Source: Geosiphon pyriformis uo1
Taxonomy: Eukaryota > Fungi > Glomeromycota
DNA length: 64,000 bases
NCBI GenBank assembly: GCA_016748015.1
Contig: JAAOMT010000294.1
Coordinates: 376,864-440,863 of the forward strand
Reading direction: 5' to 3'
A program made the translations under genes and the position numbers. A model generated the notes under the pieces. It worked only from the letters and a program-made list of their open reading frames with translations. It did not search any database and was not told the DNA's origin. This document shows, piece after piece, positions 63,746 to 64,000 of the stretch (within the stretch, counting starts at the first letter, position 1; the number at the start of each line of letters is the position of its first letter).

Positions 63746-64000
63746 TAATTAAATAAATAAATATTAATAATATAATTAAAAAAGCAATTAAAAAATAATA
63801 ACATAACTGAAAAATTTTTAATCTATTAAAATAAATAATGTAATTGAAGATAATAATAATATAATTGAAAATAACAGAGAAATAATAATAAATATAAAAT
63901 TTTTAAACATAATTATTTTTAAAGAACGTAATTAAAGGTTGAAAAAAATAGCAACTTCATTAATGAAGCAATATTTAACAATATTTTTTTTAAAAAAAAA

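Overview
This is AT-rich, intron-containing eukaryotic DNA. The kinase-SEL1, MATA-HMG, kelch-TM and pogo content fits Glomeromycotina (arbuscular mycorrhizal-type) fungi. One retroelement relic resembles, from memory only, repeats in Geosiphon pyriformis. Intact genes: a kelch-repeat membrane protein (with an inverted pseudogene twin), a SWIRM protein, a pseudokinase-SEL1 protein, an MPD1-like protein disulfide isomerase, a secreted Gly/Asn 13-mer repeat protein, an anoctamin/TMEM16, a Ser/Thr-rich membrane protein, two small secreted peptides, a VTC polyphosphate-complex subunit head-to-head with a divergent CAX/VCX1-type exchanger, and an HMG-box factor. The 47-57.5 kb region holds transposon relics: a LINE-like ORF1, two pogo/Tigger elements and a probable hAT end. 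Two results stand out. (1) Three frameshifted relics of a Fanzor2/TnpB-type RNA-guided nuclease gene, largely invisible in the ORF track: an N-terminus at about 20.9-21.6 kb, RuvC halves at about 19.0-19.4 kb and 13.0-13.5 kb, and a hairpin after the stop of the latter where an omegaRNA would lie. (2) The secreted protein contains exactly 33 uninterrupted 13-residue GxxNGxxNGxxNx repeats. All calls come from manual reading and translation; no searches were run.
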